Assembly (NCBI GenBank): GCA_035641315.1 | Contig: DASQUK010000054.1 | Coordinates: forward strand, 348 to 64,347 | DNA from: Acidimicrobiales bacterium | GTDB lineage: Bacteria > Actinomycetota > Acidimicrobiia > Acidimicrobiales > VFJN01 | Reading direction: 5' to 3' | Length of the DNA: 64,000 bases | Part shown: piece by piece, positions 61,812-64,000 of the stretch | How positions within the stretch are numbered: the first letter of the stretch is position 1 | Layout of the letters: each line of letters starts with the position of its first letter | Made by a program: the position numbers and the translations under genes | The notes under the pieces: generated by a model | What the model saw: only the letters and a program-made list of their open reading frames with translations | What the model was told of the DNA's origin: nothing | Databases searched by the model: none

Positions 61812-64000
61812 ATGTTCGGCATCGACGACGCCCCCTACGCCGAGCTGCACCTCCACACCTGCTACTCGCTGCTGGAGGGTGCCTCGAGCCCCAAAGAGCT
61901 GATCGTCCGGGCCGCCGGCTACGGCTACGACGCCCTGGCGATCACCGACCGCAACAACCTCTACGGCGCCATGGTCTTCGCCCGGGCGTGCCGGGACGCC
62001 GGCATCCGCTCCGTCATCGGCGTCGAGCTCACCGTGGCTGTCGACCCCGATGCCGGCTCCGGCGCCGACCCCGCCCACCCGGCCGACCCCGGCGAATCCG
62101 GCGACCCCGGTGCCCGTCACGACCTCACCCTGCTGGCCGCCACCCGCCAGGGGTACGCCAACCTGTGCCGCCTGGTCAGCCTGGCCAACGGCTGGGGGCT
62201 GGTCGAGCAGGCCGACCGCGAGCGGCGCCGGCGCGACCCTTGCGCCGCCCTCCACCACGTGCGGGAGCACACCGCCGGGATCGTCTGCCTCACCGGCGGA
62301 CGCCGCGGCGAGCTGTCCCGGCGGCTGGTGGCCGGTGATCGCTCCGGGGCCAGGGACGTGCTGCGCCGCTGGGTCGACTGGTTCGGGGCCGACAGCGTGT
62401 GGGTCGAGCTGCACGACAACCTGGTGCAGGGCGACCGGCCCCGCATCCGGGCGCAGGTGTCGCTGGCCCGCGAGCTGGGCGTGGGCATCGTCGCCACCGG
62501 TGACGTCCACTACCACGACCCCGGACGGCACCGGCTACACGACGCGCTCTGCGCCATCCGCCACCGCACCACGCTCGACGCCAGCCACACCTGGCGCCGG
62601 CCCAATTGCGAGTTCTACCTGCGCCGCCCCGACGACCAGGTCGAGCGGTTCGCCGAATGGCCCGAGGCCGTGGCCAACAGCGTCCGCATCGCCGAGCGCT
62701 GCGCCTTCGACCTGACCGAGGACCTGGGCTACCGGCTGCCCACCCCGACCGTCCCCGAGGGCCACACTCCCGATTCCTACCTGGAGGAGCTCTGCCGCGA
62801 GGAGCTCGACCGGCGCTACGCCGGGGCGCTGCGGCGGAAGGCGCACGAGCGCTTGGACGAGGAGCTGGCGCTCATCGCGCGGCACGGCATGGCCGGGTTC
62901 TTCCTCGTGTACCACCAGGTGCTGGGCCTGGCCAAGGAGGTGGCGGCCGAGGTGCGGGGCGACGCCCCCCGGGGGCGGCTCGACATGCCGCCCGGGCGGG
63001 GTCGGGGATCGAGCGTGAGCAGCATCGTGTGCTACCTGATCGGGTTGTCGCACATCGACCCGATCGAGAAGAACCTGTTCCTCGGGCGGTTCCTCAACGA
63101 CTCGATGACGAGCCTGCCCGACATCGACCTCGACTTCCCCCGCGACATCCGTGACCGGCTGTTCCGGCGGGTGTACGAGCAGTGGGGCAGCGACCACGCC
63201 GCGCTGGTCGCCACCTTCCCCCGCTACCGCATCCGTAGCGCCGTCCGCGACCTCGGCAAGGTGCTGGGCCTCCCGCCGGCGGAGATCGATCGGCTGGCCA
63301 AGCTGGCCGAGGGGTACGGCTCGGCCGGCGCTGTCCGGACCGAGATGGAGCGGATCCCGGAGTTGCGGCCCCTCCTGGACGCGCCGGGCTGGGACCACCT
63401 CATCGATCTGGCCCGCGAGTTGGCGAACTTCCCGCGTCACGTCTCCCAGCACGTGGGCGGGGTGGTCATCGCCTCCGATCCGCTCATCGACTGCGTGCCC
63501 ATCCAACCCGCGGCCTGGCCCGGGCGCTACGTGTGCCAGTGGGACAAGGACGACGTCGACGACGCCCGCATGGTGAAGATCGACTTCCTGGCGCTGGGCA
63601 TGCTGTCGCTGGTGGAGGAGTGCCTCGACCTCTGCGCCGAGCACCGGGGGACGCTCATCGACCTCTCCCGCATCGACTTCGAGGACGACCGGGTGTACGA
63701 CCGCATCGGGCGGGGCGACACCATCGGCGTGTTCCAGATCGAGTCCCGGGCCCAGGCCGGCATCCTGCCCCGTACCAAGCCCCGGAACCTCGACGACCTG
63801 ACCGCCCAGGTGGCGATCATCCGGCCCGGCCCCATCGTCGGAGGGGCGGTCCACAACTACGTCGAGGGTCGCGCCAACCCCAATGCCGCCGGCCTGGTCC
63901 CCCACGAGTGCGTGGATGGGGTGCTGAAAGAGACCTTCGGCGTGGTGCTGTTCCAGGAGCAGGTGGTGCAGGTGGCCGTGGCCATGGGCGGGTTCAGTTC
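61812..64000 (+). CDS. dnaE2: error-prone DNA polymerase III alpha homologue DnaE2 (partial, continues past window)
   Basis: Not in ORF track (open-ended). MFGIDDAPYAELHLHTCYSLLEGAS (PHP domain), GRGSSVSSIVCYLIGLSHIDP, LPDIDLDFP, FQIESRAQ, IIRPGPI. Confidence 0.93.
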   Translation, partial: MFGIDDAPYAELHLHTCYSLLEGASSPKELIVRAAGYGYDALAITDRNNLYGAMVFARACRDAGIRSVIGVELTVAVDPDAGSGADPAHPADPGESGDPGARHDLTLLAATRQGYANLCRLVSLANGWGLVEQADRERRRRDPCAALHHVREHTAGIVCLTGGRRGELSRRLVAGDRSGARDVLRRWVDWFGADSVWVELHDNLVQGDRPRIRAQVSLARELGVGIVATGDVHYHDPGRHRLHDALCAIRHRTTLDASHTWRRPNCEFYLRRPDDQVERFAEWPEAVANSVRIAERCAFDLTEDLGYRLPTPTVPEGHTPDSYLEELCREELDRRYAGALRRKAHERLDEELALIARHGMAGFFLVYHQVLGLAKEVAAEVRGDAPRGRLDMPPGRGRGSSVSSIVCYLIGLSHIDPIEKNLFLGRFLNDSMTSLPDIDLDFPRDIRDRLFRRVYEQWGSDHAALVATFPRYRIRSAVRDLGKVLGLPPAEIDRLAKLAEGYGSAGAVRTEMERIPELRPLLDAPGWDHLIDLARELANFPRHVSQHVGGVVIASDPLIDCVPIQPAAWPGRYVCQWDKDDVDDARMVKIDFLALGMLSLVEECLDLCAEHRGTLIDLSRIDFEDDRVYDRIGRGDTIGVFQIESRAQAGILPRTKPRNLDDLTAQVAIIRPGPIVGGAVHNYVEGRANPNAAGLVPHECVDGVLKETFGVVLFQEQVVQVAVAMGGFS

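Noticed and set aside
1-64000. tRNA, rRNA, tmRNA, prophage or integrase genes
   Set aside because: I inspected all spacers longer than 60 nt by eye. None has tRNA-like T-arm/acceptor features or rRNA similarity, and no integrase, transposase or phage structural motifs appear in any credible ORF. A tRNAscan/Infernal run would be needed to exclude them formally.

Overview
Very GC-rich, densely coding chromosomal segment from an actinobacterium (GC judged by eye, not computed). I support about 70 CDS. I found no rRNA, tRNA, CRISPR array, transposase or integrase. Left third: two LLM/F420-type oxidoreductases, a 4-gene ABC exporter, a glycine riboswitch plus stand-alone gcvP, a DivIVA-domain protein, a GAF histidine kinase with a LuxR-type regulator, a queA-like gene, and a KstR-like TetR regulator. 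Two KstR-type operators (TnnAACnnGTTnnA) are present; one sits in front of a DUF35/DUF35/thiolase/thiolase/hydroxysteroid-DH-like operon. The same third also holds a class-III ADH and an ECF sigma factor fused in one ORF to a zinc anti-sigma (HxxxCxxC) motif, a TM segment and an extracytoplasmic domain. Middle: YceI, ABC1/UbiB kinase, HelD-like helicase, a Cys-less Rrf2, crotonase, NUDIX, GNAT, DUF4193, a long ThyX-like protein, an M20 amidohydrolase and an MDR oxidoreductase. From 37.6 to 57.2 kb on the minus strand lies a complete Pup-proteasome neighbourhood, syntenic by recollection with M. tuberculosis Rv2092c-Rv2118c: helY, tatC, tatA, pafC, pafB, pafA, prcA, prcB, pup (ends GGQ), dop, arc/mpa (ends GQYL) and trmI. 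It is remodelled by extra genes: lepB, a GDPD, two small Zn-ribbon/TM ORFs, a DUF3866-like ORF between pafA and pafB, an opposite-strand small ORF, a ferredoxin and a MarP-like protease. Right end: a TtuA-like PP-loop enzyme with a ThiS/MoaD-like carrier ending GGAL, small membrane ORFs, a LON-N-domain protein, and a LexA-box / imuB-like / 92-aa ORF / dnaE2 cassette without imuA. The main structure that genes do not explain is a set of short interspersed repeat families sitting in intercistronic spacers. The most notable is R1, a hairpin-core repeat: 8 units in 5 spacers, compensatory stem changes, always the same strand, often a few nt from a downstream start codon and twice read through as a C-terminal tail. 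R3 is a 54-nt palindrome plus G-run unit found in the arc leader and tandemly between imuB and the next ORF. All functional calls come from motif recognition by eye; no searches were run.
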